Positions 53,221 through 63,871 of a stretch of DNA of 64,000 nucleotides are shown here, piece after piece. The position numbers were made by a program, and so were the translations under genes. The first letter of the stretch is position 1; each line of letters starts with the position of its first letter. The DNA lies in NCBI GenBank assembly GCA_902792295.1, contig CADAZC010000004.1, forward strand, positions 8,083-72,082, given 5' to 3'. Source of the DNA: an uncultured Eubacteriales bacterium. GTDB taxonomy: Bacteria > Bacillota > Clostridia > Christensenellales > CAG-138. The notes under the pieces were generated by a model that saw only the letters and a list, made by a program, of their open reading frames with translations, had not been told where the DNA came from and ran no database searches.

Positions 53221-55395
53221 TTATGCGCGGAACACGTCCACGACCTGTTTGATCTTTTTGAGATTGCTGATGATCACATCCAGCTGCTCCGCGCTCTCGA
53301 CCGTGCAGGTGATCTCCATCGCGGCATACCCGTCGTCGGTCGATTTGCTCGAAAGGTCTGTCATGTTGACGTTCAGACCGAGCAGCACCTTGGAAACCTC
53401 CAGAAGCGAGCCCGGACGGTCCTCGATGAACACGCGGATCGTTGCGCTGAAGTTCGTGCGCGCGTCGGTTGCCCACTCGACCTCGATGATGCGGTCCGCA
53501 TCCTGCATCAGACTTTGTACGTTCTTGCAGTCCGCACGGTGTACCGAAACGCCTCTGCCGCGCGTGACATAGCCGATGATCGGATCGCCCGGCAAGGGGT
53601 TGCAGCAGTTTCCGAAGAACACCGCCATGCCCGGATCGCCGTGTACATAGATTCCCTTCGGATTCGCCCTGTTCACCGGCTTCTTCGCAGAATCCTTTTC
53701 GGACTCTTCGAACCGTTTCTGCAGCTCGTCGAGACGCTCCTCCTTGCGGTGCATGTCGATGAGTTTGTGCACGACCTGTCCCGCGGACACGCCGCCGAAC
53801 CCGATCGCGGAATAGAGATCGTCGAGCGTCGCCAGACTGTGACGCTTCAGAACCTCGTTATAGTATTCCGGCTTCATCAGGATCGCCAAGCTCTGCCCGT
53901 GCCGCTTCGCGGTCTCCTCGAGCATCTCCTTGCCGCGCTGGATGTTCTCCTCGCGGTTCTCGTGCTTGAACCATTGCCGGATCCGGTTCTTCGCCGACTG
54001 CGTCTTGACGATCGAAAGCCAGTCGCGGCTCGGTCCCGCCTGCGAGTTGGACGTAATGATCTCGACGACGTCGTTGGTTTTGAGCTTGTAATCGAGCCGG
54101 ACCACGTTTCCGTTGACGCGCGCGTGCTGACAATGGTGCCCGACGTTCGTGTGGATGCGGTACGCAAAGTCCAGCGGCGTCGAGCCGACGGGCAGGTCGA
54201 TGATCTCGCCCTTCGGCGTCAGCACGAAGACGTACTCGCCGAGGAAGTCCTTTAAGATGTTGTCGACGAATTCTTTGCTGTCCTCGGTCGTTTCATCGGC
54301 TTCCAGCACCTGTCGGAGCCACGACGTTCTGCGGTCGAGCTCCGTCATCGACTGGCGGCCTTCCTTATACATCCAATGCGCCGCAATGCCGTATTCCGCC
54401 GTCGCGTGCATCTCCTTCGTGCGGATCTGCACCTCGAACGGAATGCCCTTTTCGTCCATGACCGTCGTATGCAGCGAGCGGTACAGGTTCGGCTTCGGCA
54501 TGGCGATATAATCCTTGAACCGACCGGGAAGCGGCTTCCATGTGGCGTGAATGACGCCGAGCGCCGCGTAGCAGTCCGTCACCGTGTCGACGATGATGCG
54601 GATCGCAATCAGGTCGTACAGTTCGTGCAGCGTACAGTTGTTGCGCTGCATCTTGCGGTATGAGGAATACAGATGCTTCGGGCGTCCGGAAATGTTTCCG
54701 TCGATGTTCGCCTCTTTCAGGAGCGCTTTCATCTTTTCCATTGCGCTGGACAACAGTTCGAGACGCTCCTTTTGCTGTACGTCGACCTGTGCCTTGATGG
54801 CATTGTACTCCTCGGGCATCAGGTACTTGAACGACAGATCCTCGAGCTCGCTGCGGATCGCGCCCATGCCGAAGCGGTGCGCGAGCGGCGCGTAAACCTC
54901 CAGCGTTTCGCGGGATTTCTTGATCTGCTTCTGCGGCGAACACACGTCGATCGTGCGCATGTTGTGCAGGCGGTCGGCGAGCTTGATGATGACGACGCGA
55001 ACGTCCTCCGCAATCGCAAGGAAGAGCTTGCGGAGATTTTCCGTCTGCTCCTGTTTTTTGGTCACATAGGTCTGTTTCCCGGACTTAGTCAGCTTTGTGA
55101 CGCCGTCGACGAGGAATGCGACTTCCTTTCCGAACATCTTCTGGATGTCTTCGATCTGCACGTTGTCCCCGTCCTCGACGGTGTCGTGCAGCACGCCCGC
55201 GATCACGGTCGGCGCGTCCATGCCCATTTCCAGAAGATAGGATGCGACGGTCAGGGGATGCGTGAGAAAAGGCGTGCCGTCGTCACGCTTTTGATTGCAA
55301 TGTACGCGCGCGGCAAACGAGACGGCTTCCGTCATCTGTTTCGCCGCTTCTTCGCCGAACCGTTCGGCAAACTGCGCGATCAAACGTTCCTCCAT
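53221..55395 (-). CDS. relA: bifunctional (p)ppGpp synthetase/hydrolase
   Basis: Start at 55395 after GGGAGGA. The 724-aa product has an HD domain (HDTVED), the synthetase motifs (RPKHLYSSYRKM, YRSLHT), and TGS and ACT domains. Confidence 0.93.
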   Translation of the reverse strand: MEERLIAQFAERFGEEAAKQMTEAVSFAARVHCNQKRDDGTPFLTHPLTVASYLLEMGMDAPTVIAGVLHDTVEDGDNVQIEDIQKMFGKEVAFLVDGVTKLTKSGKQTYVTKKQEQTENLRKLFLAIAEDVRVVIIKLADRLHNMRTIDVCSPQKQIKKSRETLEVYAPLAHRFGMGAIRSELEDLSFKYLMPEEYNAIKAQVDVQQKERLELLSSAMEKMKALLKEANIDGNISGRPKHLYSSYRKMQRNNCTLHELYDLIAIRIIVDTVTDCYAALGVIHATWKPLPGRFKDYIAMPKPNLYRSLHTTVMDEKGIPFEVQIRTKEMHATAEYGIAAHWMYKEGRQSMTELDRRTSWLRQVLEADETTEDSKEFVDNILKDFLGEYVFVLTPKGEIIDLPVGSTPLDFAYRIHTNVGHHCQHARVNGNVVRLDYKLKTNDVVEIITSNSQAGPSRDWLSIVKTQSAKNRIRQWFKHENREENIQRGKEMLEETAKRHGQSLAILMKPEYYNEVLKRHSLATLDDLYSAIGFGGVSAGQVVHKLIDMHRKEERLDELQKRFEESEKDSAKKPVNRANPKGIYVHGDPGMAVFFGNCCNPLPGDPIIGYVTRGRGVSVHRADCKNVQSLMQDADRIIEVEWATDARTNFSATIRVFIEDRPGSLLEVSKVLLGLNVNMTDLSSKSTDDGYAAMEITCTVESAEQLDVIISNLKKIKQVVDVFRA

Positions 55396-55426
55396 ACGCG
55401 TCCTCCCTTCTTTCAACCTTTATATT

Positions 55427-57403
55427 TTACTCCAAACACAGCACCGGATACAAGAGGGCATTTTGAATTTGTTTCTTTTCCTGCACCGGTTCTGCATAAA
55501 ATCTGCCGTTTTGAAACCCCACGACGCCGATTTCGAGCAGCGGAAGCAGCGCGGTCTGTTCCTTTTCGGAAAGGCACTCGCGCAACGCGCCGTTTCTGAG
55601 CCGCGGCAAAAGCTCGCGGAAGATCGCGCGGATCTCCGCTTCCGGCACCTTCGTAAGCCGATCCAGCACGGCTTTCTCCGGCAGTTCCCGCCTGTTTTTG
55701 ATCGCGCGGATACACGCGGTGATCGCGTCGTTTTTCGTTTCGTCGATCGGCAGCGCAAGCGCCTGCGCAAAGACCGAAACCTCCGGTCTGCCCATGTAGC
55801 TGCCGAGCTCGATCGAAACGTACGCCCGCGCAAAGCCGACTGCGCTCCAGTCCGCATAAGCGTCGCCGCTTCCGAACGAAACAAAGCGGACCGACGCTTC
55901 CGCATCGGAGAGCTTTGCACCGAGATGGCTGCCGTCCCGCCCCATCGTGCGCACGTTTGAAAGCGTTCCCTCGATCAGAAACAGCGGCGCGCGGTTCTCC
56001 TCGCCGAACGGCGCAAGCGACTGCAGCTCGCGCGCAAACTGCGGCGTGATCTCCGAAAGCGCAAGCCGGTCTTCGACGACGCACGTTTCTTCCGGCAGTC
56101 CCAGCGGGAATCGTTCGGAAAGGTCGTTCTGCAATGCCGTTTTCAGCGTCTCAAACGCGTTGATTTCGATCGTTGCGCCCGCGGCGAGCCGATGCCCGCC
56201 GAAGCGCAAAAGCAGTTCCTTTCGTCCTGTCAGAAGCTGAAACAGATCGACTGTCGGCACACTGCGTCCCGATCCGATCAGAACGCCGTTGACCTCGGAA
56301 AACAGCAGCACGGGGCAGCGGAAGCGCTCGACGAGCCGCGACGCCACGATCCCGATCACACCGGTGTTCCAGTCCGTTCCGCAGAGTACGAGGATGCGGG
56401 GATCGTTTTCGTCGATCTGCGCCTCCGCCTCCTTCAGGATCCGCATTTCCTCGGCGCGGCGGCGGACGTTCTCGCTCTCCAGTTCGGCGGAAAGCGCTTT
56501 TCGCTCCGCTTCGTCATCCGTCAGAAGCAGACGAACGGCGCGTTCTGCGTCGCCCATACGCCCCGCGGCGTTGATCCGCGGCGCGAGAATGAACGAAAGC
56601 GTGCTTTCCCCGGCGACCTCCGAAACGCCTGCCGCGTCCAGAAGCGCAGACAGTCCCGGATGCATGCCGACAAGCGGCAGCCCTCTTCTGACGATCGCGC
56701 GGTTCAGCTCGGTCAGCGGAACGACGTCCGCCATCGTCGCAAGCGCGGCGACGGGCAGAAACCCAGCGATCCGTACGCCGAGCGCGGACGCGAGCAGCAT
56801 GGCGACCGAAGTCCCGCAGAGGCATTTTAACGCGGGGTCCTGATCATCCCGCGATGCGCACACGACCGCCGAAGCGCCGGGCAGCGTTTCATGGCAGCGA
56901 TGATGATCGGTAACGACCGTGTCCATGCCGGTTTCCTTCGCGTAGGCGATCTCGTCATGCGCGGAAATGCCGTTGTCGACGGTGACGATCAGTCGGACGC
57001 CGTCCCGCTTCATTGCATCGACCGCGTTCCGGTTCAGTCCGTATCCCTCACCCTGCCGGCTCGGCAGCAGAAACGACGCGTCTGCGCCGATCGAACGGAG
57101 CGCATCAAGCAGGATCGCCGTTGCGCACACGCCGTCGGTGTCGTAGTCGCCGTACACGCAGATCCGCTCGTTCGCTTCGATCGCCCTCCGGATGCGCGAA
57201 ACCGCACGGTCCATGTCGGCAAGCGCGAACGGATCGGGCAGCGGCTGCGATTCGGGGTGCAGGAACGATTCGATCGCGGCGTCATCGACGAGACCGCGCC
57301 GCGCAAGCATGGCGGCAAACGGTCTCGAAAAGCCGAACCGGGTACTCAGATCACGTATGACGGCGTCCGAAGCGTCCGTGTTTGTGCGCAGTACATATCG
57401 CAT
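55427..57403 (-). CDS. recJ: single-stranded-DNA-specific exonuclease RecJ
   Basis: 658 aa with DHH motifs (YGDYDTDG, VDNG, TDHH) and a DHHA1 domain. Confidence 0.9.
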   Translation of the reverse strand: MRYVLRTNTDASDAVIRDLSTRFGFSRPFAAMLARRGLVDDAAIESFLHPESQPLPDPFALADMDRAVSRIRRAIEANERICVYGDYDTDGVCATAILLDALRSIGADASFLLPSRQGEGYGLNRNAVDAMKRDGVRLIVTVDNGISAHDEIAYAKETGMDTVVTDHHRCHETLPGASAVVCASRDDQDPALKCLCGTSVAMLLASALGVRIAGFLPVAALATMADVVPLTELNRAIVRRGLPLVGMHPGLSALLDAAGVSEVAGESTLSFILAPRINAAGRMGDAERAVRLLLTDDEAERKALSAELESENVRRRAEEMRILKEAEAQIDENDPRILVLCGTDWNTGVIGIVASRLVERFRCPVLLFSEVNGVLIGSGRSVPTVDLFQLLTGRKELLLRFGGHRLAAGATIEINAFETLKTALQNDLSERFPLGLPEETCVVEDRLALSEITPQFARELQSLAPFGEENRAPLFLIEGTLSNVRTMGRDGSHLGAKLSDAEASVRFVSFGSGDAYADWSAVGFARAYVSIELGSYMGRPEVSVFAQALALPIDETKNDAITACIRAIKNRRELPEKAVLDRLTKVPEAEIRAIFRELLPRLRNGALRECLSEKEQTALLPLLEIGVVGFQNGRFYAEPVQEKKQIQNALLYPVLCLE

Positions 57404-57408
57404 GCCAC

Positions 57409-57440
57409 ATAAAAAGGGCCGCGGAAGCGAATCCGCAGCC
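57409..57440 (-). terminator. intrinsic terminator after ackA
   Basis: On the minus strand, GGGCTGCGGA pairs with TCCGCGGCCC (one mismatch), followed by T5. Confidence 0.65.
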
Positions 57441-57451
57441 CTGTTGCGTTT

Positions 57452-58654
57452 TTACAGTGCGATCGCGGCGGTATCTCTTGCGATCGCAAGCTCTTCGTCG
57501 GTCGGAAGCACCATGACGGTGACCTTCGAGCCGGGCTTCGAAAGCACAACCTCTTTGCCTCTCGGCGCGGTGCGGTTCAGCTCGAAATCGAAGTCGATGC
57601 CGAGGTAGTCCATGTTCTGCATGACCAGCTCGCGCGTTGCCGCGTCGTTCTCGCCGACGCCCGCGGTGAAGACGATGCAGTCCACGCCGTCCATTTCGGC
57701 GGAATAGCCGCCGATGAGGCGCTTAACGCCCTGCGAGAACATATCAAGCGCCAATGCCGCGCGCTCGTTGCCCTCGGCCTTTGCCGCCCACAGATCGCGG
57801 AAGTCGCTGGAAACGCCGGAAACGCCGAGCATGCCGCTCTTTTTGTTCATCATGGTATCGACTTCCTTCGCCGTCACGCCCATGCGGTTCACGAGGAACG
57901 GGACGATCGCCGGGTCGATGCTGCCGCAGCGGGTGCCCATCGGGAGTCCTTCCAACGGCGTGAGGCCCATGGAGGTGTTCACGCACTTGCCGCCCTTCGA
58001 GCAGCTTACGGACGAACCGTTGCCGAGGTGGCAGGAAATTACGCGGACGTTCGGATCGCCCTCGCGGCCGAGGCGCTTGATCGCTTCGCCGGTGACGAAC
58101 ATGTGCGACGTGCCGTGGAAACCGTAACGGCGGACTTCGTAGTTCTCATAGACCTCATACGGCAGCGCATAGAGGAAGTTTTTCGGCTCCATGCTCATGC
58201 CCCACGCGGTGTCGAACACGGCGACCATCGGGGTATCCGGCATGACGGCGCGGCAGGCGTTGATGCCCATGAGGTTTGCGGGGTTGTGAAGAGGCGCAAG
58301 CGGGATGCACTCCTCGATCATCTTGATGACGTCGTCGGTGATCAGCACGGACTTGGTGAACTTCGTGCCGCCGTGAACGACGCGATGCCCGACCGCCACG
58401 ATGGATTTCATGTCGGAAATCACGCCGATCTCGGGATCCGCAAGCACGTCGAGGACCATTGCGATCGCTTCCTGATGCGTCGGCATCGCCGCGTCCTTTT
58501 CGAGCTTGTCGCCGCCCGTGGGCTTATAGGTCAGCTTGCCGTCGATGCCTATGCGCTCACAAAGACCCTTTGCGAGAACGCTCTCGCTGTCGATGTCGAT
58601 GAGCTGATACTTCAGAGAGGAACTGCCTGCGTTGATAACAAGAATGGATCTCAT
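57452..58654 (-). CDS. ackA: acetate kinase
   Basis: Start at 58654. The 400-aa product has INAGSSSLKY, RYGFHGTSH and a GIGEN-like VGEND motif. Confidence 0.93.
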   Translation of the reverse strand: MRSILVINAGSSSLKYQLIDIDSESVLAKGLCERIGIDGKLTYKPTGGDKLEKDAAMPTHQEAIAMVLDVLADPEIGVISDMKSIVAVGHRVVHGGTKFTKSVLITDDVIKMIEECIPLAPLHNPANLMGINACRAVMPDTPMVAVFDTAWGMSMEPKNFLYALPYEVYENYEVRRYGFHGTSHMFVTGEAIKRLGREGDPNVRVISCHLGNGSSVSCSKGGKCVNTSMGLTPLEGLPMGTRCGSIDPAIVPFLVNRMGVTAKEVDTMMNKKSGMLGVSGVSSDFRDLWAAKAEGNERAALALDMFSQGVKRLIGGYSAEMDGVDCIVFTAGVGENDAATRELVMQNMDYLGIDFDFELNRTAPRGKEVVLSKPGSKVTVMVLPTDEELAIARDTAAIAL

Positions 58655-58667
58655 AGTCTTTCCTTTC

Positions 58668-59666
58668 TCACATGTTCTGTGCCTGCACCGCCGTGATCGC
58701 AACGACGGAAACGATGTCCTCGATGCTGCAGCCGCGGCTCAGATCGTTGATCGGCGCCGCAAAGCCCTGGCAGATCGGGCCGATGGCTTCCGCACCCGCG
58801 AGACGCTGGACGAGCTTGTAGCCGATGTTGCCCGCCTGGAGGTCCGGGAAGACGAGAACGTTCGCCTTGCCGGCAACGGGGCTGCCCGGGCTCTTCAGCT
58901 GCCCGACGGATTCGACGAGCGCCGCGTCCGCCTGCAGTTCGCCGTCCACCATCAGCTCCGGCGCGCGTTCGTGCACCATCTCGGTCGCGATACGGACCTT
59001 GTCGACGTTGTCGTGCTTGGCGCTGCCCTTCGTGGAGAACGAAAGCATTGCGATGCGCGCATCCATGCCGCAGAGCGCCTTTGCGCTCGCCGCGGACGAG
59101 ATCGCGATTTCGGCAAGCTGTTCGGAGGTCGGATCGATGTTGACCGCGCAGTCCGCGAAGATCATCAGACCGTCGTCGCCGTATTTCTTGTTCGGGATCT
59201 CCATGATGAAGAAGCTGGAAACCGTGTTGATGCCCGGCTTCATCTTGATGATCTGCAGACCCGGACGGAGCGTGTTGCCCGTGGTGTTGATCGCGCCGGA
59301 AACGAAGCCGTCGCCCTTGCCGTCCTTGATCATCATCGCCGCGAAGAACAGCGGGTTCTTGATCATATCGGCGGCCTTTTCGGGCGTGACACCCTTCGCC
59401 TTGCGCATTTCATAGAACCGGTCGACATACGCCGCATAATCCGGATGCGTTTCGGGATCGATCGTGTCGATGCCTTCGAGCGATACGTTGAACTTCTTCG
59501 CAACCGCTTCGATCTCATCGCGCTTGCCGAACAGCGTGACCTTCGCGATTCCCTCCGCCGTGATACGGGCAGCCGCCTGCACGGTGCGTTCTTCGGTTCC
59601 CTCGGGCAGCAGAATGTGCTTCTGATCCGCCTTTGCTTTTGCCTTGATCTGGTCCATCAATGACAT
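58668..59666 (-). CDS. pta: phosphate acetyltransferase
   Basis: The ATG at 59666 lies 7 nt after GGAGGA. The 332-aa PTA_PTB domain contains ILLPEG and SRGCS. Confidence 0.92.
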   Translation of the reverse strand: MSLMDQIKAKAKADQKHILLPEGTEERTVQAAARITAEGIAKVTLFGKRDEIEAVAKKFNVSLEGIDTIDPETHPDYAAYVDRFYEMRKAKGVTPEKAADMIKNPLFFAAMMIKDGKGDGFVSGAINTTGNTLRPGLQIIKMKPGINTVSSFFIMEIPNKKYGDDGLMIFADCAVNIDPTSEQLAEIAISSAASAKALCGMDARIAMLSFSTKGSAKHDNVDKVRIATEMVHERAPELMVDGELQADAALVESVGQLKSPGSPVAGKANVLVFPDLQAGNIGYKLVQRLAGAEAIGPICQGFAAPINDLSRGCSIEDIVSVVAITAVQAQNM

Positions 59667-59772
59667 AACAAAATCCTCCATAATAGATTTACAAATTATT
59701 CTAACACATCTGCTCAAAAAATGATATACTTGATTTGGATATATTTTCGTTTTTTGAGAGGAGTGTACCATC

Positions 59773-60975
59773 ATGCGCGTCGTCGGGATCATCGCGGAGT
59801 ACAATCCGCTGCATAACGGACACATCTATCACATGGAAGAATCCAAAAAACAGGCAGGAACCGAGTTCTGCATCGTCGCCATGTCCGGCAACTTCGTGCA
59901 GCGCGGCGAGCCCGCCTGCACCGACAAGTTCACCCGTGCCGAATGGGCGGTCATGGGCGGCGCAGACCTCGTGGTGGAGATCCCGACCGCATACGCGGTC
60001 TCTTCCGCGGAACGCTTTGCGGAGGGCGCGGTGAAAACGCTTGCCGCAACCGGCGTCGTCACCGATCTCGCCTTCGGCGTGGAGACCGAAAACGTGAACG
60101 CGCTCTATCACCTTGCCGATCTTCTGGGCCGCGAGCCGCCGAATCTGCGCATCTATCTCATGCACCATCTCAAGCAGGGCAAGTCCTATCCGCGCGCGCA
60201 GCACGACGCGCTTGCCGATTACGGCGTGCCGGAGGACGAGCTTGAGATCCTGCAGCAGCCGAACAACATCCTTGCCGTCGAATACCTGAAATCCCTGCGC
60301 CGCTTCGCGCCGGAGATCCGTCCTCTGCCGATCCAGCGGATCGGAAACCGCTATAACAGTACGGTTCTGACCGGAAAGCTATCGAGCGCCACCGCGATCC
60401 GCGAAGCGCTTCTGGGCGGCGACGAATCCGTGTACGACACCATGCCGATGAGCGTTGCCGCGGCGATGCGGTTCGACGAGCAGTTCCCCGTCACCTTCGA
60501 CAAATTTGCCCCGATGCTCTTATACCGGCTGCGGTCTATGACGATCGAGGAGCTGCAGGCGCTTCCCGACGTCGGCGAGGGCTTTGAGCAGGTTCTGTAC
60601 CGTGCCGCGCGCGAGTCGGTCGATCTCCCCTCCCTTCTGGAAGCGATCAAGTCCAAGCGCTATACGCTCGCACGGTGCAAGCGCATTCTGGTTTCCGCGC
60701 TGCTGCACGTTCCGGACGGCATGACCGCCGCGCTCGGGAAGAACGTCGACGATCTGTATCTGCATGTTCTCGGGCTGAAGCGCGTGGGTCGCGGTCTGCT
60801 TGCCGCAATGGCGAGCAACGCAAAGGCGCCGGTGATCCTGCGGCATTCCGATCTGATGAACTGTTCCGAGATCGCGCGTGCCTCGATCGCGATCGACGCG
60901 CTGTCCACCGATCTCTACGCCTATGCGCTCGGACGCGAGCTGCACAGGGATGCGCAGAGCGCCGTCACGGTTTGA
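59773..60975 (+). CDS. tmcAL: tRNA(Met) cytidine acetate ligase (nucleotidyltransferase, DUF795)
   Basis: 400 aa. The GIIAEYNPLHNGH N-terminus and SGNFVQRGEP are typical of TmcAL. Confidence 0.85.
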   Translation: MRVVGIIAEYNPLHNGHIYHMEESKKQAGTEFCIVAMSGNFVQRGEPACTDKFTRAEWAVMGGADLVVEIPTAYAVSSAERFAEGAVKTLAATGVVTDLAFGVETENVNALYHLADLLGREPPNLRIYLMHHLKQGKSYPRAQHDALADYGVPEDELEILQQPNNILAVEYLKSLRRFAPEIRPLPIQRIGNRYNSTVLTGKLSSATAIREALLGGDESVYDTMPMSVAAAMRFDEQFPVTFDKFAPMLLYRLRSMTIEELQALPDVGEGFEQVLYRAARESVDLPSLLEAIKSKRYTLARCKRILVSALLHVPDGMTAALGKNVDDLYLHVLGLKRVGRGLLAAMASNAKAPVILRHSDLMNCSEIARASIAIDALSTDLYAYALGRELHRDAQSAVTV

Positions 60976-60986
60976 TTTTTGACAGC

Positions 60987-61027
60987 AAAACGCCCCGGGA
61001 AAACCTCCCGGGGCGTTTCTTTGTTTT
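60987..61027. terminator. bidirectional intrinsic terminator
   Basis: A 13-bp stem pairs AAACGCCCCGGGA (60988-61000) with TCCCGGGGCGTTT (61006-61018), flanked by an A-run and a T-rich run. Confidence 0.85.
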
Positions 61028-61028
61028 C

Positions 61029-63740
61029 TTATTCGAAGGTCAGCGCTTCCGTCCAGAACTCGTTGCCGTAGATGTCGGTCAGGCAATAGCTGACGTCGCA
61101 TGCCGCGCCGCCGATGTCCATGTAGCCGACGGTGAGCTTTCCGTTGTAGACGATCGGATCGCCGATATAATAGGTCGCCTCGTACGTGCCGTCCGCGCCG
61201 TAATAGTCGCAGAGGAAGTCGATTCTGTCACCCTTATTGAGCTGCACGAAGCCCTTTGCAACGGTGATCGATTCGGTCTCGTCATAGACGCGCTGCGCGC
61301 CCGCGACATAGCCGTCCTCGTGTCCTGCGATCTCGTTGTCGAATACGATGAGCAGATCGTACCGCTCGCCGTTCAGCATAACGGGAACGCGTCCCGCCGT
61401 CGCCCAGTTCTTACCGTCCTCAACATGCTCGAGGAAGTAGTATGCAACGGGCTGCTTGTTGATCGTGAGCCACGTGTTGTCGAATTCGATCTTGAGGTCG
61501 CCGTCGGCGTCGAACTCGTACTGATCGTCCATGCCGAGGTCCAGATAGCCGTCCATCTCGTCGTCCTTGACGAACAGGTTGATCTGCACGTTCTTCACAA
61601 GGTCCCACTTGTCCTTGCTCATGGAGAGCACGTATTCGCCTTCGCTCTTCTCCGTCAGTTCGAGATCGGAAAGCGTCAGACTGTTCTCGGTGTAATTGTC
61701 CTTGTTCCGGAGCACACGTCCCGAATCGAACCAGCTTTCGGATCCGCCGCCGAGGATGCCGCCGAGGAGATCCATCGCGCCGCCGGAGGACGAACCGCCG
61801 TACAGGGACTGCGAACCGCCGAAGATCGAGGACAGCGGATCATTGCTGCCCGAACCGCCGAGATAGCTGCCGAGCAGGGTCGAAAGCATATCGCCCGAGG
61901 AGTACGAGGAGCTGTCCGAATAGTTGCCGAACAGCGAGCCGAACGGCGAACCCGCTGTGCCGCCGGTTGCGATCTGACCGCCCGCAGCAAGTGATGCAAA
62001 GTTCTTGATGCAGCGGGAATACTCGCCGGAAATGCCGATGTTATCGTACAGCGCAACGGCGGAATTCATGCTCTTGAAGCTCGAATACGGGAAGTAGATC
62101 GAAAGCCCGTTCGAATTTTTCATCGAAACGGAAGTGCGGTTGTACTTCACGCAGCCGGAAAGCGCCTTGACGAGCGCGTTCGCATTCGAGGTGCCGATCT
62201 TCTTTGCAAAGTCGATCACGTCGATGTGGTTGACCTGCGCGGAAACGCCGAATTCACGCGCGTCGGCGCGAGCGTCCGCGACCTGCTTATAGTCGTCGCT
62301 GTCGAGCATCTTGCCGATATCGCCGGAGAAGCTGTTGAACGCGGCGGGAACGGTGCCCGCAAACTCCGCGAGGTCGACGATCGAAAGCGTCGTGTTGCAG
62401 CCGGGATAGTTCTTTTTGCTGACGTCGGTAAAGTCGTCGATCAGGGTTTTGGAAAGTTCCACCGTGCCGATCGACGGATTCTTCGAAAGTGCGGTCAGCC
62501 AGTTCGTATAATACCAGCCGGTGCCGGGCTCCGCTTCCTCGGACGCGATCAGATAGTCCGCGTACTGCTCGGTGACGACCGCGGTTTCCAGCGTTCCCAT
62601 CAGGCACGCATCGAAGCCGATGAAATCGAACTTCACGCCGCCCTTCTTGAGCGCATTGTTCAGCTTGTCAAGCGTCATCGTGCCGCTCGCCGTCTGATCA
62701 TAGCCGTAGCCGGAGATCGCGCCGCCGCCGTGATCCCACAGGATCAGCATATAACGGTTTGCGGGATAGTTCTTCGCGCAGAACTGGATGAAATCGGTGA
62801 GCGTGTCCGGATTGACCATGCTCTTTTTGCCGACGTCCTTGTTCAGGATCTGGATCCCGCGGCTCGTGACGCGGTACAGCTGGTTGGTCTTGTTCGAGAT
62901 GACCGAATTGTTCCACTTCTTCGCGCCGCCCGTTTCGACGATGATGTTGACCTTGTCGTCGTTCAGGTTTGCGTGAAGCATCTCGTTGAGGTCCGACGTT
63001 GCCATGCCGTGCTCGCTCTCAAGGTCGCTGCCGCACAGATAGATCATCAGCGTAACGGCGTCCTTTCCGCCGCCCTTGATCGTCGTGTACTTCGAACGCG
63101 ACTTGTTCGATACGGTATAGTCCGCATCCGAGTACGACGTGCTCGACGTGACCGCCGCGGGCGCGTTGTTGTCCGTTTCGTCAAACGAGTTGACGGTCGG
63201 GAACAGCTGCGAAAGAAGATCGGAACCGTAGCCCTGCTGCACGGAGCTGTCCGGAATCGCATCGCTGCCGCCGATGTTCTGCGTAATATCGCTTTCATCG
63301 GGGAGCAATTCCGGCATCGAACACGCACAGCTGCTTCCGAAGACGCAGCGGATCAGCAGAAAGATCGCAATGCCGATCAGAATAAAGATCAGGATCTTGC
63401 CGAACTCCGTGCCGAACAGTCCCTTGCCGGTGCTGCCGGTGCTGCCCGTGCCGCCGCTGTTGAGCGACGAATAGGTCGGCTGCGTGCCCTGGCTCTGGCT
63501 GCTCTGGCTCTGCTGATTCTGGCTCTGCGCGCCGCCGAACAGAGAGGAAAGCGGCGTTCCGCTCTGCTCCGTGCCGCCGGAGGGCTTTTGTGAACCGTAC
63601 TGCGTTCTTCTGCCCTGGTAGCCGTCCTTTCTTCCGACCGGACCGTTTGTGCCGACCGGATTGTCGTCGCGGCGCTTTACGCTTGCCGTGCCGGAAATGA
63701 TCCTCTTTTTGCGCTTGTTGGAATCCGAAGTGTTGTTCAT
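61029..63740 (-). CDS. membrane-anchored clostripain-family (C11) cysteine peptidase with large C-terminal extensions
   Basis: 903 aa. A Gly/Ser/Gln-rich cytoplasmic N-terminus and one TM helix are followed by the C11 core, with the His-Cys dyad context ILWDHGGG and GFDACLM. Confidence 0.8.
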   Translation of the reverse strand: MNNTSDSNKRKKRIISGTASVKRRDDNPVGTNGPVGRKDGYQGRRTQYGSQKPSGGTEQSGTPLSSLFGGAQSQNQQSQSSQSQGTQPTYSSLNSGGTGSTGSTGKGLFGTEFGKILIFILIGIAIFLLIRCVFGSSCACSMPELLPDESDITQNIGGSDAIPDSSVQQGYGSDLLSQLFPTVNSFDETDNNAPAAVTSSTSYSDADYTVSNKSRSKYTTIKGGGKDAVTLMIYLCGSDLESEHGMATSDLNEMLHANLNDDKVNIIVETGGAKKWNNSVISNKTNQLYRVTSRGIQILNKDVGKKSMVNPDTLTDFIQFCAKNYPANRYMLILWDHGGGAISGYGYDQTASGTMTLDKLNNALKKGGVKFDFIGFDACLMGTLETAVVTEQYADYLIASEEAEPGTGWYYTNWLTALSKNPSIGTVELSKTLIDDFTDVSKKNYPGCNTTLSIVDLAEFAGTVPAAFNSFSGDIGKMLDSDDYKQVADARADAREFGVSAQVNHIDVIDFAKKIGTSNANALVKALSGCVKYNRTSVSMKNSNGLSIYFPYSSFKSMNSAVALYDNIGISGEYSRCIKNFASLAAGGQIATGGTAGSPFGSLFGNYSDSSSYSSGDMLSTLLGSYLGGSGSNDPLSSIFGGSQSLYGGSSSGGAMDLLGGILGGGSESWFDSGRVLRNKDNYTENSLTLSDLELTEKSEGEYVLSMSKDKWDLVKNVQINLFVKDDEMDGYLDLGMDDQYEFDADGDLKIEFDNTWLTINKQPVAYYFLEHVEDGKNWATAGRVPVMLNGERYDLLIVFDNEIAGHEDGYVAGAQRVYDETESITVAKGFVQLNKGDRIDFLCDYYGADGTYEATYYIGDPIVYNGKLTVGYMDIGGAACDVSYCLTDIYGNEFWTEALTFE

Positions 63741-63826
63741 ATGTTCGTCCTCCCTTTGGATGCAACCATTATATCAAATTCTCGCGGAAAGAAAAGATTT
63801 TTTTGACGAATTGTGCAAAATTGAAC

Positions 63827-63860
63827 GAAAAAGCCCGGGATGCGCTCCCGGGCTTTTTTT
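63827..63860 (-). terminator. intrinsic terminator after gap
   Basis: AGCCCGGGA (63832-63840) pairs with TCCCGGGCT (63846-63854). On the minus strand T5 follows. The T7 run on the plus side makes it symmetric. Confidence 0.8.
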
Positions 63861-63871
63861 ACTTTTGCAGC